Shown in pieces: positions 30,852 to 40,935 of a stretch of 64,000 nucleotides of DNA. The translations under genes were made by a program, and so were the position numbers. The notes below the pieces were generated by a model. It saw only the letters and a program-made list of their open reading frames with translations, made no database searches and was not told the DNA's origin. Positions within the stretch are counted from its first letter, which is position 1. The number at the start of each line of letters is the position of its first letter. The DNA comes from a virus. The stretch is taken from IMG/VR virus record IMGVR_UViG_3300045988_172778, positions 64,001-128,000 of that record; one strand, 5' to 3'.

Positions 30852-32589
30852 AGATGAGCCTGTAAAAAGAATTGCGTTATTGAAATCTTTTACGACCCAA
30901 AATATTAAAATTGTAACAGAAGAAGAGGCTAAAGATGTTGTTTTAGGAGCAGTAAAAGATTTTTGCGCGTCTTCTCGCCCGCTTAGTTCTGATAGTTTCA
31001 ATTTGGTTGTTTCGGCGATTAACGAATATAATTTTATTCCCGAAACCAAATCTTCGAATACCGCGATTGGTTTGCTTATAGAGACAAGAAGAGTTGAGTT
31101 TTCCAACCAGTTAAAACTTAATGAATTTCCAAAAGTGGTTGAAGAATTGAATTATCGGTGTTATGAAAATAAAAACGTAAAAAAACTTAACTTAAAGAAT
31201 AAAGATAGAAAATTCTTGATTTCGATTCTCGATAAAATGTTATCTCGCGAGATCACTGTTTCTGATTTAATTTTATGTTTAGAAAAGAGAAAAATCTGGA
31301 AAGGGATTTTACATCATTTGCACTATTCTAATAAGCTTTTACAGAATTATATATATAACGATTCCCTCTCGTCTTTTATGGGCGTGTTCGAGCGTAAAAT
31401 AGAGAGTTGTTCTTTTGTTGAAACGATAAAGTGTTTAGATGCGCAAAAAGGTCCTGCGGCAGTTATCAGAAATTTAGATTATATAATTTCTCGATATAAG
31501 GATATTTCACGTCAAGAAATGTTCAAAATACTTATGCCCATTATCGATAAGACGAATAACGTTGTTCTTCTTCAGATGATAAATCATTATAACAACTTTG
31601 AAAGAGACAGGAGATTTTATTCGTTTTCAAAGTTCGGGCTCAAAAAGAACCATTCTCAAACCGATAAAGAAATGGCGGTTTGCCAAACAAGTAGAATCCC
31701 TGAAAACATTATTGATTGGCTTAAAGGGTGGTTTATGGCTGCTTTAGCCGCAAACATGAGGGAGTTGAATGTAGACAAGGTTTATATCGATCCTGTATTT
31801 AAAAAGATTGCCCCTCCCTTAGATATGGCAGCAATGAATGGAGGCACTGGTGTTTTGCCCGCTGGCTCGAGGCTTTCAATACCCGAAGGCGCAGTTGTTC
31901 GTGCATTTACTTATTGGGAAAAAGTCAACGATATTGATTTATCAGCTTTTCTTTGCGATGACAATATGAAAAAAATTGAAGAATTTAGCTGGCGTAGTTA
32001 TGCGGGCAATGGTTCTGCTTCGTCTGGATTCATTTTCTCGGGCGACCAAACGAGCGGTTATTGTGGCGGAAGCGAATATTTCGATTTTGATTTTGAAATC
32101 ATTCAGAAAAAATACCCGACAGGCAGATACATAGTCTTAAATGACAATGTTTATAGCGGCGGAAACTTTTCGGATTGTTTCTGTAAAGCAGGTTTTATGC
32201 TTCGCGATAAATTCAAAAGCGGAAAAGTTTACGAACCGAAAACAGTTAAGACATCGTTTTTGATTAACGCGAAATCGTCTTATTGCCATTTATTTGCAAT
32301 TGATTTAAAGACGCGGGAAATCGTTTGGCTGAACATAAATAAAGATTCAAAAGCGATAGTAGCTGGAATCGAAAGCAATCAATACCTTAAAAAGTATATG
32401 ACACTGACAGAAAAGTACAATATTTACGATTTGTTTATTTGCGCTGGGACATCTGCACAAACCATGGAAGAATGTGTTGGCGAAAAAGATCTGATTTTCA
32501 CCCCTGAGAGATTGGATTTCAAAACAAAAGCCGACGTTATAACACTGGAAGATTTGGAAAAGATAAATAAATATATCGAAAGTAAATAA
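30823..32589 (+). CDS. 588-aa protein: helical N-terminal region plus C-terminal TerD-like beta-sandwich domain
   Basis: WEKVNDIDLSAFL..FSGDQTSGYCGGSEYFDFDF..YIVLNDNVYSGGNFSD..LFAIDLKTREIVWLN resembles TerD. GTG start has no SD. Confidence 0.5.
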   Translation: MSQIQHSVLEDEPVKRIALLKSFTTQNIKIVTEEEAKDVVLGAVKDFCASSRPLSSDSFNLVVSAINEYNFIPETKSSNTAIGLLIETRRVEFSNQLKLNEFPKVVEELNYRCYENKNVKKLNLKNKDRKFLISILDKMLSREITVSDLILCLEKRKIWKGILHHLHYSNKLLQNYIYNDSLSSFMGVFERKIESCSFVETIKCLDAQKGPAAVIRNLDYIISRYKDISRQEMFKILMPIIDKTNNVVLLQMINHYNNFERDRRFYSFSKFGLKKNHSQTDKEMAVCQTSRIPENIIDWLKGWFMAALAANMRELNVDKVYIDPVFKKIAPPLDMAAMNGGTGVLPAGSRLSIPEGAVVRAFTYWEKVNDIDLSAFLCDDNMKKIEEFSWRSYAGNGSASSGFIFSGDQTSGYCGGSEYFDFDFEIIQKKYPTGRYIVLNDNVYSGGNFSDCFCKAGFMLRDKFKSGKVYEPKTVKTSFLINAKSSYCHLFAIDLKTREIVWLNINKDSKAIVAGIESNQYLKKYMTLTEKYNIYDLFICAGTSAQTMEECVGEKDLIFTPERLDFKTKADVITLEDLEKINKYIESK

Positions 32590-32595
32590 TTTTTT

Positions 32596-32632
32596 AAGAA
32601 CTTGCGGCTAAATGCTTGACAAGTTCTTTTTT
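32596..32632 (+). terminator. terminator hairpin wrapped round the next -35 box
   Basis: Stem aagaacttg/caagttctt followed by a T run. Confidence 0.65.
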
Positions 32633-32644
32633 ATCTGCTATAAT
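32616..32644 (+). promoter_or_regulatory. promoter cassette 5
   Basis: TTGACA, 17 nt, TGcTATAAT. Confidence 0.7.
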
Positions 32645-32668
32645 AGAGACACAATCGGAGGTAGAAAT

Positions 32669-33160
32669 ATGGAAATTGTAACTTGGATCATTTCAGCAGT
32701 TGTTCAGGTGGCTTTGGCGATCGGGTTTTTTGTGGTTTATACACAATACCAAAAAGCGACGAAAAAGGCTCGCGGCTTGGAACGCGAAGTTGAGAAACTC
32801 ACGCAGCCGAATTTAGTCTCTTTAAACCCCGAAACTTATAACGTGATTTCGCGGTGGATTAAAGATTGCGGAGTTATGCAGGTCGGGATTGCATTAAAAT
32901 ACGAAAAAGAGAAACGGGGTTATCGTGCCCTGATTTACACGGATCGTGTAGGGTATCTCATCGGGAAAGCGGGTTGCAAAGTCGCGGCGGTTAAAAAGGA
33001 ACTCATGGAGCTGAAACAAGCGAATAATATCGTAGGCGTGGAAATCAACGAGGTTTTGGGTTTCATCAATCAAAGAGAAATAGACGTGGACGATTATTAC
33101 AGCGCGTATATGGTGAATTGGCAAGCTTACGAAGAAGCGGGCGAAGAAGTGATATATTAA
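32669..33160 (+). CDS. membrane-anchored KH-domain (RNA-binding) protein
   Basis: N-terminal TM helix; GYLIGKAGCKVAAVKKEL GXXG motif. Confidence 0.55.
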   Translation: MEIVTWIISAVVQVALAIGFFVVYTQYQKATKKARGLEREVEKLTQPNLVSLNPETYNVISRWIKDCGVMQVGIALKYEKEKRGYRALIYTDRVGYLIGKAGCKVAAVKKELMELKQANNIVGVEINEVLGFINQREIDVDDYYSAYMVNWQAYEEAGEEVIY

Positions 33161-33187
33161 AACGACGATTTTATTTGGAGATAAAAG

Positions 33188-33592
33188 ATGGAATACATAA
33201 AAGGTAAAGAACTCGAAACATTCGACGATTTTAGATTTGCAGAAAAACCTGTAATTTTTGAAAATAAGATTGGGTGGTCTATAGAGGCCGACCTTGAATG
33301 GATGTCGGTTGATGAATTTATAGGCTATAAAAGAAGTGGGTATCGTTTTTATGAAAGAGTAAAGCCTGATAAGGGTATTTGGCATAAAGTATCGGAAGAC
33401 GGATTGCCTAAAACAAATGATTATATATTAGTCTATCTTCGTAGTCGAAGCAAGTCGTATCACCCGACTGTTTCGATGGCTAGGTATACTCCAAATTATG
33501 GAGGTTGGTGGATTGCTGTAAATTCCTCTGAAACGCTCGACGATGATGATGAAGTTGTCGCGTGGATGGAAATTCCTGAATACGAAGAATAA
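33188..33592 (+). CDS. DUF551-like protein
   Basis: W-x-V-x-x-x-LP .. VVAWMEIPEY C-terminal pattern. Confidence 0.45.
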   Translation: MEYIKGKELETFDDFRFAEKPVIFENKIGWSIEADLEWMSVDEFIGYKRSGYRFYERVKPDKGIWHKVSEDGLPKTNDYILVYLRSRSKSYHPTVSMARYTPNYGGWWIAVNSSETLDDDDEVVAWMEIPEYEE

Positions 33593-33624
33593 TAAAATTG
33601 CAGTTTTATCGAGTGGAGGTTGAA

Positions 33625-34593
33625 ATGGAGTATAGATGTAGGATATGTGGAAAGTTAGCGGAAGAAGATGCACATTTTTATAAAACAAAAATGTTATGTA
33701 ATAGACATTACATTCAAATGTATCGTTATGGGAAAATCATGGATACCATCCCGCGCGGCATTTTAAAACATGTTTGTGTGGTTTGTGGAGATACAAAATC
33801 TTGTCGATATCAAGTTTGGCATGGTGGCGGCGAATACGATGGGCAAGAAGTATGTTCAAAGCATTATACCCAATTAAGAAATAAGGGTAAAATTTTGGAT
33901 TCAGCTCCTGCTCCACATATTAATGTAGAAGATAGAGTCTGTGATGTTTGTGGTTCAACACATCATGTGATTTATCATAACGGAAGATATTATTGTTTAA
34001 GGCACTATTCGCAAATTAAAAACCTCGGTGGTTTACGCCCGATAACAGTTTTCGATAGAAATGAATATGATACAGACGGCGATATAACTTATATTTATAT
34101 TAGAAACGGTAAGAATGAACGTATCGCTACTTGTAAAATAGATACGGAAGATCTTGATAGAATAATTAAGCATAAGTGGAGCTTAGGAACGTGGGGCTAT
34201 GCTTCGGCCATGCTTGACGGCAACAGTATAATGATGCAGCGTTATATACTTAGTGTGTATGACAAAAAAGATATTGTAGATCATATAAATAGAGATCCAC
34301 TTGATAATAGAAAGAGTAATTTAAGGATAGTAAATAAATCTTTAAACTCAATAAATACAGGGCTACGAGCGAATAATGTAAGCGGTGTGACTGGTGTTAG
34401 TTGGAGTAATTCATTATCTCATTGGCGTGCTTATATAAATTATGATGGAAAAAGAATAGAACTAGGATGCTTTGATTCATTCGAAGAAGCGGTTACCGCT
34501 CGTTTAATGGCCGAAAATAAATATTATGCTGGGTTGCAACCCCAAATAGAATTATTTGAGAAATACGGAGTTAAAATAGAAAATGGGCAATAA
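33625..34593 (+). CDS. free-standing HNH homing endonuclease with AP2 DNA-binding domain
   Basis: DHINRDPLDNRKSNLR (HNH); SGVTGVSW..WRAYINYDGKRIELGCFDSFEEA (AP2); N-terminal C..C..RHY repeats. Confidence 0.75.
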   Translation: MEYRCRICGKLAEEDAHFYKTKMLCNRHYIQMYRYGKIMDTIPRGILKHVCVVCGDTKSCRYQVWHGGGEYDGQEVCSKHYTQLRNKGKILDSAPAPHINVEDRVCDVCGSTHHVIYHNGRYYCLRHYSQIKNLGGLRPITVFDRNEYDTDGDITYIYIRNGKNERIATCKIDTEDLDRIIKHKWSLGTWGYASAMLDGNSIMMQRYILSVYDKKDIVDHINRDPLDNRKSNLRIVNKSLNSINTGLRANNVSGVTGVSWSNSLSHWRAYINYDGKRIELGCFDSFEEAVTARLMAENKYYAGLQPQIELFEKYGVKIENGQ

Positions 34594-37500
34594 AAATTAT
34601 GTTTGTTATCACCTCCATACCGAAGATAGTCTTCTCGATAGTTGCACAAACCATCGACTTTATTCCGATAAAGCAAAAGAGTTAGGGCAAACCGCTATTG
34701 GTTTCTCAGAACATGGAAATTGCTATAACTGGATCGAAAAGAAAGAATATTGCGAAGCTCTCGGATTAAAATATATTCACGGTATAGAAATATATCTCAT
34801 TGAGCACCTTGAACCAAAAGTACGTGATAACTATCACACTATACTTATTGCAAAAGATTATGAGGGGGTGAAAACAATTAACTCTCTCTTTAGTTTGTCA
34901 ACCGATGAAGCGCATTTTTATTACAAACCCCGTTTATCGTTTGATGAATTTAAAAGTATATCATCAGAGCACGTGATTAGAATAAGTGCGTGTCTTGCAT
35001 CACCGCTTAATAAATTGCGTGATGAAAGCCTTATTCGGTATTATGATTATTTAGAGGTTCAACCCCATATAAACAGCGAAGCACAAAAAGAGTATAATTT
35101 GTGGCTGTATGATATGGCGCAAAAATATCACAAACCGCTTATCGCTGGAACTGATACTCATAGTATCAATCAATATAAAGCCGAGTGCCGTTCGGTTTTG
35201 CAGACCGCTAAAAAAATCGAATTTACAAACGAAGACGAGTTTGATTTAACATATAAAAGTTATGAAGAGCTTTGCGATATGTTCAAAACGCAGGGTGTAT
35301 TATCCGAACAAACATATCTTGAAGCGATTGAAAACACCAACGTGATGGCGGCGTCTATAGAAGAATTTAAGCTCGATAAAACATTCAAATATGCAAAATG
35401 TTATGAAGATGATGAACTCGAACTTAAACGTAGATGTAACGAAAGATATAAAGACAAAATTACTCGTGGAGTTATTAAGCCTAATAAACAATATATTGAA
35501 AATGTGAGAGAAGAATTTCGTGTTTTCAAAAAAATTGGTATGCTGGGGTTTATGTTGTTTATGTCCGACCTTGTAAGTTGGTGTTGGCAAAACGGCATCC
35601 CAATTGGCTTTTGTCGTGGGAGTTGTGGGGGATCCACAATTGCATATCTTATAGATATTATTGACGTAGATCCCGTAGTCTGGCATACGGTATTCTCACG
35701 TTTTGCCAATGAAAACCGTACAGAATTGGGCGATATCGATATCGATATAAGCCCCACACAGCGAGAACTTGTTTATAAGCATATAATTGATACTTACGGC
35801 GTCGATTATACTGGTTATATACTTGCCATCGGTACAATTTCCGATAAAGGGACCATCGACGAAATTGGCAGGGCATTGCAAACTCGTTGGAAACGTTCTG
35901 ATAAGGGATATTTGAAACTTGTATCTTATTATGAAAATAAAGGACAAAAACCCGTAATTGATAACGAATTTATTCCTTATTACGATGAAAAAAGAAAGGC
36001 TGAACTATTGCGTAAATATATCGACGACAAGTCGCCATTCTGCTTAAATCGTATTGCCCAAATTAAAGACGAATACGACCAAAATCCCGAGAACACAAAG
36101 AAAAAATATCCCGATTTATTTTATTATTTTGACGGATTGTTAAATACGGCGATATCACAATCTATGCACCCCGCTGGAATTATTGTAAGCCCTATAACAT
36201 TGCAAGATAATTACGGGATGTTCTGGTCTGACGGTAAAAGAATTCTTCAAATTAATATGGAAGAATGTCATGAGGTATCACTTAATAAATACGATTTATT
36301 GGGTTTGAAGAACGTTGAAATTATTAAAGACACCTGTGTGTTTGCTGGTATACCATATCCAAAATCCTATCAAATCAACTGGGAAGACCAAGCGGTATGG
36401 AAAGACATGCTTACTTCTCCCGCAGGAATATTTCAGTTTGAAGGAAAATACGCTTTCGATATGTTAAAACAGTTTGTGCCGTCTAAAATAAACCACTTAA
36501 GTTTGGTAAACGCCGCCCTTCGTCCGTCTGGCGCTTCGTACCGAGATCGTCTTATGGCACACGAAATCAATAAAAACCCATCGCCAATTATCGACGACTT
36601 ACTTAAAGATAACAATGGTTTTCTTGTTTTCCAAGAAGATACAATTGCTTTTCTTCAAAAGATTTGTGGATTAAGCGGTGGTGACGCAGACAACGTTCGT
36701 AGAGCGATCGGTCGTAAGCAAAAAGATCGACTCGATGCGGCTCTTCCTCAAATACTCGAAGGCTATTGCTCGAAGTCTGATAAACCTCGCGCAGAAGCAG
36801 AAAAAGAGGCAAAAGCGTTTTTACAAATTATTGAGGACTCTGCGAATTATCAATTTGGATTTAATCATTCCACAGGTTACAGTATGATCGGTTATACTTG
36901 TGCGTTTTTGCGTTATTATTACCCAACCGAATTTATTGCGGCATACTTGAATAACGCGAACAATGATGACGATATTCAAATGGGGACACAGTTGGCAGAA
37001 TTTAAACATATCCCAATTTTGCCACCTAAGTTCAGACATTCAAAAGATGTTTATGTACCCGATGCAAAAGAGAAAAAGATATACAAAGGGTTGAGTTCGA
37101 TTAAGTTTTTATCGTCGGATATTGCTTCTCAACTTTACGAAATGCGAGATATGAAATTCGATTCGTTTGTTGATTTTCTTAAGGTTAGCCCTTTGAATTC
37201 TAAACAGTTGTATATTCTTACGGTTTTAGATTTCTTTTCGGAGTTTGGTGGTGTTGGCAAACTTCTTACGATCGTCGATATGTACAACACTTATTCAGGT
37301 AAGAAACTTCTCAAAAAAGAGACCTGCACTCTTCCTCGCGAGGCGGTTCTCCAATTCGCGACTGAGACCGAAAAGCAATATCGCATAACCGATTCCGCCG
37401 CGCTTGTTTCTTATCTTTGCGAGAACGCTAAACCAAAGGAATTCACACTTTCCGAGCGATTGGCTTCCGAGTTGGAGTATTTGGGATATTTGAGCTTTAA

Positions 37501-37798
37501 GAGCACAGACGCGAGGGATAAATACAACGGTTATGTCTGCTCGGCTGACACAAAGTTTTCACCAAAAATTACGGTTTATAACCTTTATACGGGCAAAACT
37601 GAAACGATTAAATGTTACAAAAAGACCTTTGCCGAGCAACCGCTCACAAAGGGTATGATTATTACTTATTACACCGAAAGCAAGCAGAAAAGTCGGTTAA
37701 ACCCCGAAACAAAGCAGTTCGAAAAAATCCCCAACGAATTCGAACAATGGTTTAAGTGGTACCAAATTAAAGAATTTCCGCCAAAGGAGATAGAATAA
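34583..37798 (+). CDS. dnaE: DNA polymerase III alpha subunit (DnaE-type, PHP domain)
   Basis: YHLHTEDSLLDS / GFSEHGN (PHP); GSCGGSTIAYLIDIIDVDP; FSRFANENR..GDIDIDIS. Confidence 0.85.
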   Translation: MGNKNYVCYHLHTEDSLLDSCTNHRLYSDKAKELGQTAIGFSEHGNCYNWIEKKEYCEALGLKYIHGIEIYLIEHLEPKVRDNYHTILIAKDYEGVKTINSLFSLSTDEAHFYYKPRLSFDEFKSISSEHVIRISACLASPLNKLRDESLIRYYDYLEVQPHINSEAQKEYNLWLYDMAQKYHKPLIAGTDTHSINQYKAECRSVLQTAKKIEFTNEDEFDLTYKSYEELCDMFKTQGVLSEQTYLEAIENTNVMAASIEEFKLDKTFKYAKCYEDDELELKRRCNERYKDKITRGVIKPNKQYIENVREEFRVFKKIGMLGFMLFMSDLVSWCWQNGIPIGFCRGSCGGSTIAYLIDIIDVDPVVWHTVFSRFANENRTELGDIDIDISPTQRELVYKHIIDTYGVDYTGYILAIGTISDKGTIDEIGRALQTRWKRSDKGYLKLVSYYENKGQKPVIDNEFIPYYDEKRKAELLRKYIDDKSPFCLNRIAQIKDEYDQNPENTKKKYPDLFYYFDGLLNTAISQSMHPAGIIVSPITLQDNYGMFWSDGKRILQINMEECHEVSLNKYDLLGLKNVEIIKDTCVFAGIPYPKSYQINWEDQAVWKDMLTSPAGIFQFEGKYAFDMLKQFVPSKINHLSLVNAALRPSGASYRDRLMAHEINKNPSPIIDDLLKDNNGFLVFQEDTIAFLQKICGLSGGDADNVRRAIGRKQKDRLDAALPQILEGYCSKSDKPRAEAEKEAKAFLQIIEDSANYQFGFNHSTGYSMIGYTCAFLRYYYPTEFIAAYLNNANNDDDIQMGTQLAEFKHIPILPPKFRHSKDVYVPDAKEKKIYKGLSSIKFLSSDIASQLYEMRDMKFDSFVDFLKVSPLNSKQLYILTVLDFFSEFGGVGKLLTIVDMYNTYSGKKLLKKETCTLPREAVLQFATETEKQYRITDSAALVSYLCENAKPKEFTLSERLASELEYLGYLSFKSTDARDKYNGYVCSADTKFSPKITVYNLYTGKTETIKCYKKTFAEQPLTKGMIITYYTESKQKSRLNPETKQFEKIPNEFEQWFKWYQIKEFPPKEIE

Positions 37799-38964
37799 TG
37801 GCACAAAAAAAATGGAATTTGGACAATTATACAGATGAATTAAATAGGAATAATCGACAAATTAAACCCCTTGAAAATTTTACCAATTGTTCTAAACCAA
37901 TAAAACACAAATGTCTGGTGTGTGATAATGTTTGGAAAACATCTCCAATACATATCCTATCTGGGTCTGGATGCCCTAAGCGTGCTATTTTGAGAAATTC
38001 GAAAAAACAAAGTTTGGGGAATGATGGATATTTAAAATTATTAAAAAAGAAAAATATAAATATAATTCCCCTCGAAGAATATCAAAATATATACAAGCCG
38101 ATTCTTCATAAATGCAACGTTTGCTCGTATGAGTGGAACATAACCCCAAAAGGTGCGTTAAAAGGCACGGGGTGCCCTAAATGTAAGGGTAGGTTGCCCA
38201 TAACGGCAAACGAGTATAGAAGCAGATTACAAAATTTAAAAACTGGAATTGAATATATAGACAATTTAGAAATTATAAAATTAAAAGGCAGTTATAAACA
38301 CAAATGTACAGTATGTGGGACTGAGTGGAATGGTATACCACGAAATATTTTAAATGGTAGTAGTTGCCCTAAATGTATGGCACAAAAACGTGGCATTAAA
38401 ACAAGATATACCGCAGAACAATATAAAAATAAAATTGCATTAATAAATCCAAATGTGGAATTAATTGGGAATTATGAGGGGACAGAAGTTAAAACATTAC
38501 ACAGGTGCAAGAAGTGCGGCTCCGAGTGGATGGTAACCCCACACGAAATAATTAGCGGATACGGATGTGTAATCTGTAATTATTCAAAAAACGCAATAAA
38601 AATCAAAGATTTTTTAACAGAAAACAAAATTGAGTTTTACATGGAGAAGACGTTTGAAGGATGTAAAAATAAAAGGTTATTGCGTTTTGATTTTTATATA
38701 CCATCTATGAATTTATGTATTGAATATGATGGCGCCCAACATTATAAACCAATAGAACTATTTGGTGGCAAATCTGGATTTGAGAAAACGAAAAAGAGAG
38801 ATGAGATAAAAAATAAATTTTGTGAAGATAACGATATCAATCTATTGCGCCTCAAATATGATTGCGATGTTATAGATATCTTAAGAATATGGATATCAGA
38901 TTTCGATATAAGTGATTATATTGATTATGATGAACTAATAAAGGAACACAAAGAATATGATTAA
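37798..38964 (+). CDS. free-standing homing endonuclease candidate (4 zinc ribbons plus Vsr/DUF559-like PD-(D/E)XK domain)
   Basis: Four H-x-C-x2-C..W..GCPKC repeats; FDFYIPSMNLCIEYDGAQHY..KRDEIK. Paralog of the intron 2 ORF. Confidence 0.7.
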   Translation: MAQKKWNLDNYTDELNRNNRQIKPLENFTNCSKPIKHKCLVCDNVWKTSPIHILSGSGCPKRAILRNSKKQSLGNDGYLKLLKKKNINIIPLEEYQNIYKPILHKCNVCSYEWNITPKGALKGTGCPKCKGRLPITANEYRSRLQNLKTGIEYIDNLEIIKLKGSYKHKCTVCGTEWNGIPRNILNGSSCPKCMAQKRGIKTRYTAEQYKNKIALINPNVELIGNYEGTEVKTLHRCKKCGSEWMVTPHEIISGYGCVICNYSKNAIKIKDFLTENKIEFYMEKTFEGCKNKRLLRFDFYIPSMNLCIEYDGAQHYKPIELFGGKSGFEKTKKRDEIKNKFCEDNDINLLRLKYDCDVIDILRIWISDFDISDYIDYDELIKEHKEYD

Positions 38965-39961
38965 AAAACCAACAAGATTTTCATACAGCAGATTAAACCA
39001 AATGGAAAATTGCCCATTTGCTTATTATTTAAAATACGAACAAAAGCATTTCCCGAAAGACAGTGCCTTAACAATGGAGTACGGCAATTTGTGCCATTAC
39101 ATTCTCGAAACAATTGGTAATTGCATAAAAGACGGTAAAGAAATTCCATATGAAAAACTCACAGAGGATTTTTGGAACATCGAATTACACACCCAAGAAA
39201 ACGGGAAGAAAAAAGAGGATATTCTCGGTGCTAATCTTCTCGCTAAGAAATATCCCGAAGCGTGGGTAAAACCCAGCCGCGCAGGGAAAACTTACGCAGA
39301 AAAGGCAAAATACTTCGCGGCGATTGGAATGTATCGTTTGGAATGGTATATACAGGATCACCCCGAGCTTGAAATTGTTGGTTGCGAAGTTCCATTCGAG
39401 TTTAAATATAACGATAATTACACATTTTTCGGATATATTGACCGTTTGTTTAAAGTTAAAGGGCAAAATAAATACGTAATTCACGATATAAAGACCAAGG
39501 ACAAAGAGTTCAGAAAAGAGGATTTAGCGACGCCGTTACAGTTCGTGATTTACGTTTTATCACAGCAAAAGGTCTACGGTGAAGACGCAGAGTTTGAATG
39601 TTGTTACGATTTACCTTTCGCAGGTGAAGACGGCGTTTGGCAGTCGGCGTTGACAAAGGGTGGAATAAAGCGCGGGCTTGCAAAAATCGACAAGCTTTTT
39701 ACAAAAATCGAAAACCAAGAGTGGAAGCCGTCGCCGAGCATTTTGTGCGCTTGGTGCCCGTTTAGCGCAAATAACCCCGATCAACCCGAAGATTGTAAGA
39801 ATTTGTGTTGTTATTATAATCTTTCCACGCAAGACGAGTTTGATACTTATCACGTTAAAATGGAATGGAAAGGAATGGATAAACACTTTATTCAGATGAA
39901 GAAATTCACGGCATTGCAAGCGATCGACGAAGCGATCGATGACGATGATTTCGAGATTTAA
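38957..39961 (+). CDS. PD-(D/E)XK exonuclease, Cas4/RecB-like, with Cys cluster
   Basis: N-terminal CPFAYYLKY; GYIDRLFKV..VIHDIKT; CAWCPF..C; acidic C-terminus DDDDFEI. Confidence 0.7.
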   Translation: MIKKPTRFSYSRLNQMENCPFAYYLKYEQKHFPKDSALTMEYGNLCHYILETIGNCIKDGKEIPYEKLTEDFWNIELHTQENGKKKEDILGANLLAKKYPEAWVKPSRAGKTYAEKAKYFAAIGMYRLEWYIQDHPELEIVGCEVPFEFKYNDNYTFFGYIDRLFKVKGQNKYVIHDIKTKDKEFRKEDLATPLQFVIYVLSQQKVYGEDAEFECCYDLPFAGEDGVWQSALTKGGIKRGLAKIDKLFTKIENQEWKPSPSILCAWCPFSANNPDQPEDCKNLCCYYNLSTQDEFDTYHVKMEWKGMDKHFIQMKKFTALQAIDEAIDDDDFEI

Positions 39962-39972
39962 GGAGAAACGAA

Positions 39973-40158
39973 ATGGAATACGATGAATTGATAGAAAAGA
40001 TAAAAAACGCGCTTAAAATCACCAAACTCGAAATTTACGAAAAGGCGGATTCACAAGCCATTCTCAAAGAGGCTTGGTCGGACGGATACGAAACGGGGTT
40101 TGATGAAGCTGAAGAAGATGCGAGAGAAAAATACGATTTTACGTTTTTACGGCGTTAA
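39973..40158 (+). CDS. hypothetical protein
   Basis: AAGGAG SD; 61 aa. Confidence 0.6.
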   Translation: MEYDELIEKIKNALKITKLEIYEKADSQAILKEAWSDGYETGFDEAEEDAREKYDFTFLRR

Positions 40159-40163
40159 AACGC

Positions 40164-40192
40164 TTGACAAATCGATTTTGATGTGATATAAT
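40164..40192 (+). promoter_or_regulatory. promoter cassette 6
   Basis: TTGACA, 17 nt, TGaTATAAT. Confidence 0.7.
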
Positions 40193-40215
40193 GGGGTCGT
40201 AAATTGGAGGTAGTT

Positions 40216-40584
40216 ATGAAAGAAATAAAACATTATGTTTCCGACGACGGTAAAAAAGAATCAACTGATTTAGACGACGTTATAGAGTATGAAAGCATTC
40301 AGAATATTAGAAATAAGACTTATATAGACATAGTTAACTATCGAGACAGAACTCGCCTATATAAGTTGAAAGATAAAAAGGATTTATATTATCTAACAAA
40401 AAATCTCCATATAGGGCATCCGCAACTCGAAGATGGTTATATCGGATATGTTATAATTCGATATACTGATTCTGATTATTGTAAAGTAGAGCTTATTTCC
40501 GCAGATCAGCACATCAAAAATTTGAAATCGAAAATAGATGAGTTAAATGAGGAAATTTCCAGAATAGAAAATTATATAAAATGA
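40216..40584 (+). CDS. hypothetical protein, MKEIK-YVSDD paralog A
   Basis: GGAGG SD; N-terminus is paralogous to 40932. Confidence 0.65.
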   Translation: MKEIKHYVSDDGKKESTDLDDVIEYESIQNIRNKTYIDIVNYRDRTRLYKLKDKKDLYYLTKNLHIGHPQLEDGYIGYVIIRYTDSDYCKVELISADQHIKNLKSKIDELNEEISRIENYIK

Positions 40585-40611
40585 AACGACCATTTTATTT
40601 GGAGTGAGAGA

Positions 40612-40935
40612 ATGAAACGTTTGAAAAAATATAGATATATTGGTTGCGGGATCGCTAAATCAACAGACAAGATAAGCGACTTTCGCTTGATTGGCGGAAG
40701 CCAATTATTTCCCGAAAATAGAGTAGTTTTAAGAGTAGTAATTCCAGACGATTTGAAACTTTCAAAATATTCATGTGATAATTATTCGACTACGGAAGAT
40801 CCTCGAACATTAGAAGAATTAGGGTGCGACGTTATGATCAGAATAAACGGAAGATGGATAATTAAAAACAATTTGAAACATTTATCAATTAACGAGATAT
40901 TGGATTTTATTCGGAGGAGAAAAGTTTTGAAATGA
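40612..40935 (+). CDS. hypothetical protein
   Basis: GGAGTGAG SD; 107 aa. Confidence 0.65.
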   Translation: MKRLKKYRYIGCGIAKSTDKISDFRLIGGSQLFPENRVVLRVVIPDDLKLSKYSCDNYSTTEDPRTLEELGCDVMIRINGRWIIKNNLKHLSINEILDFIRRRKVLK

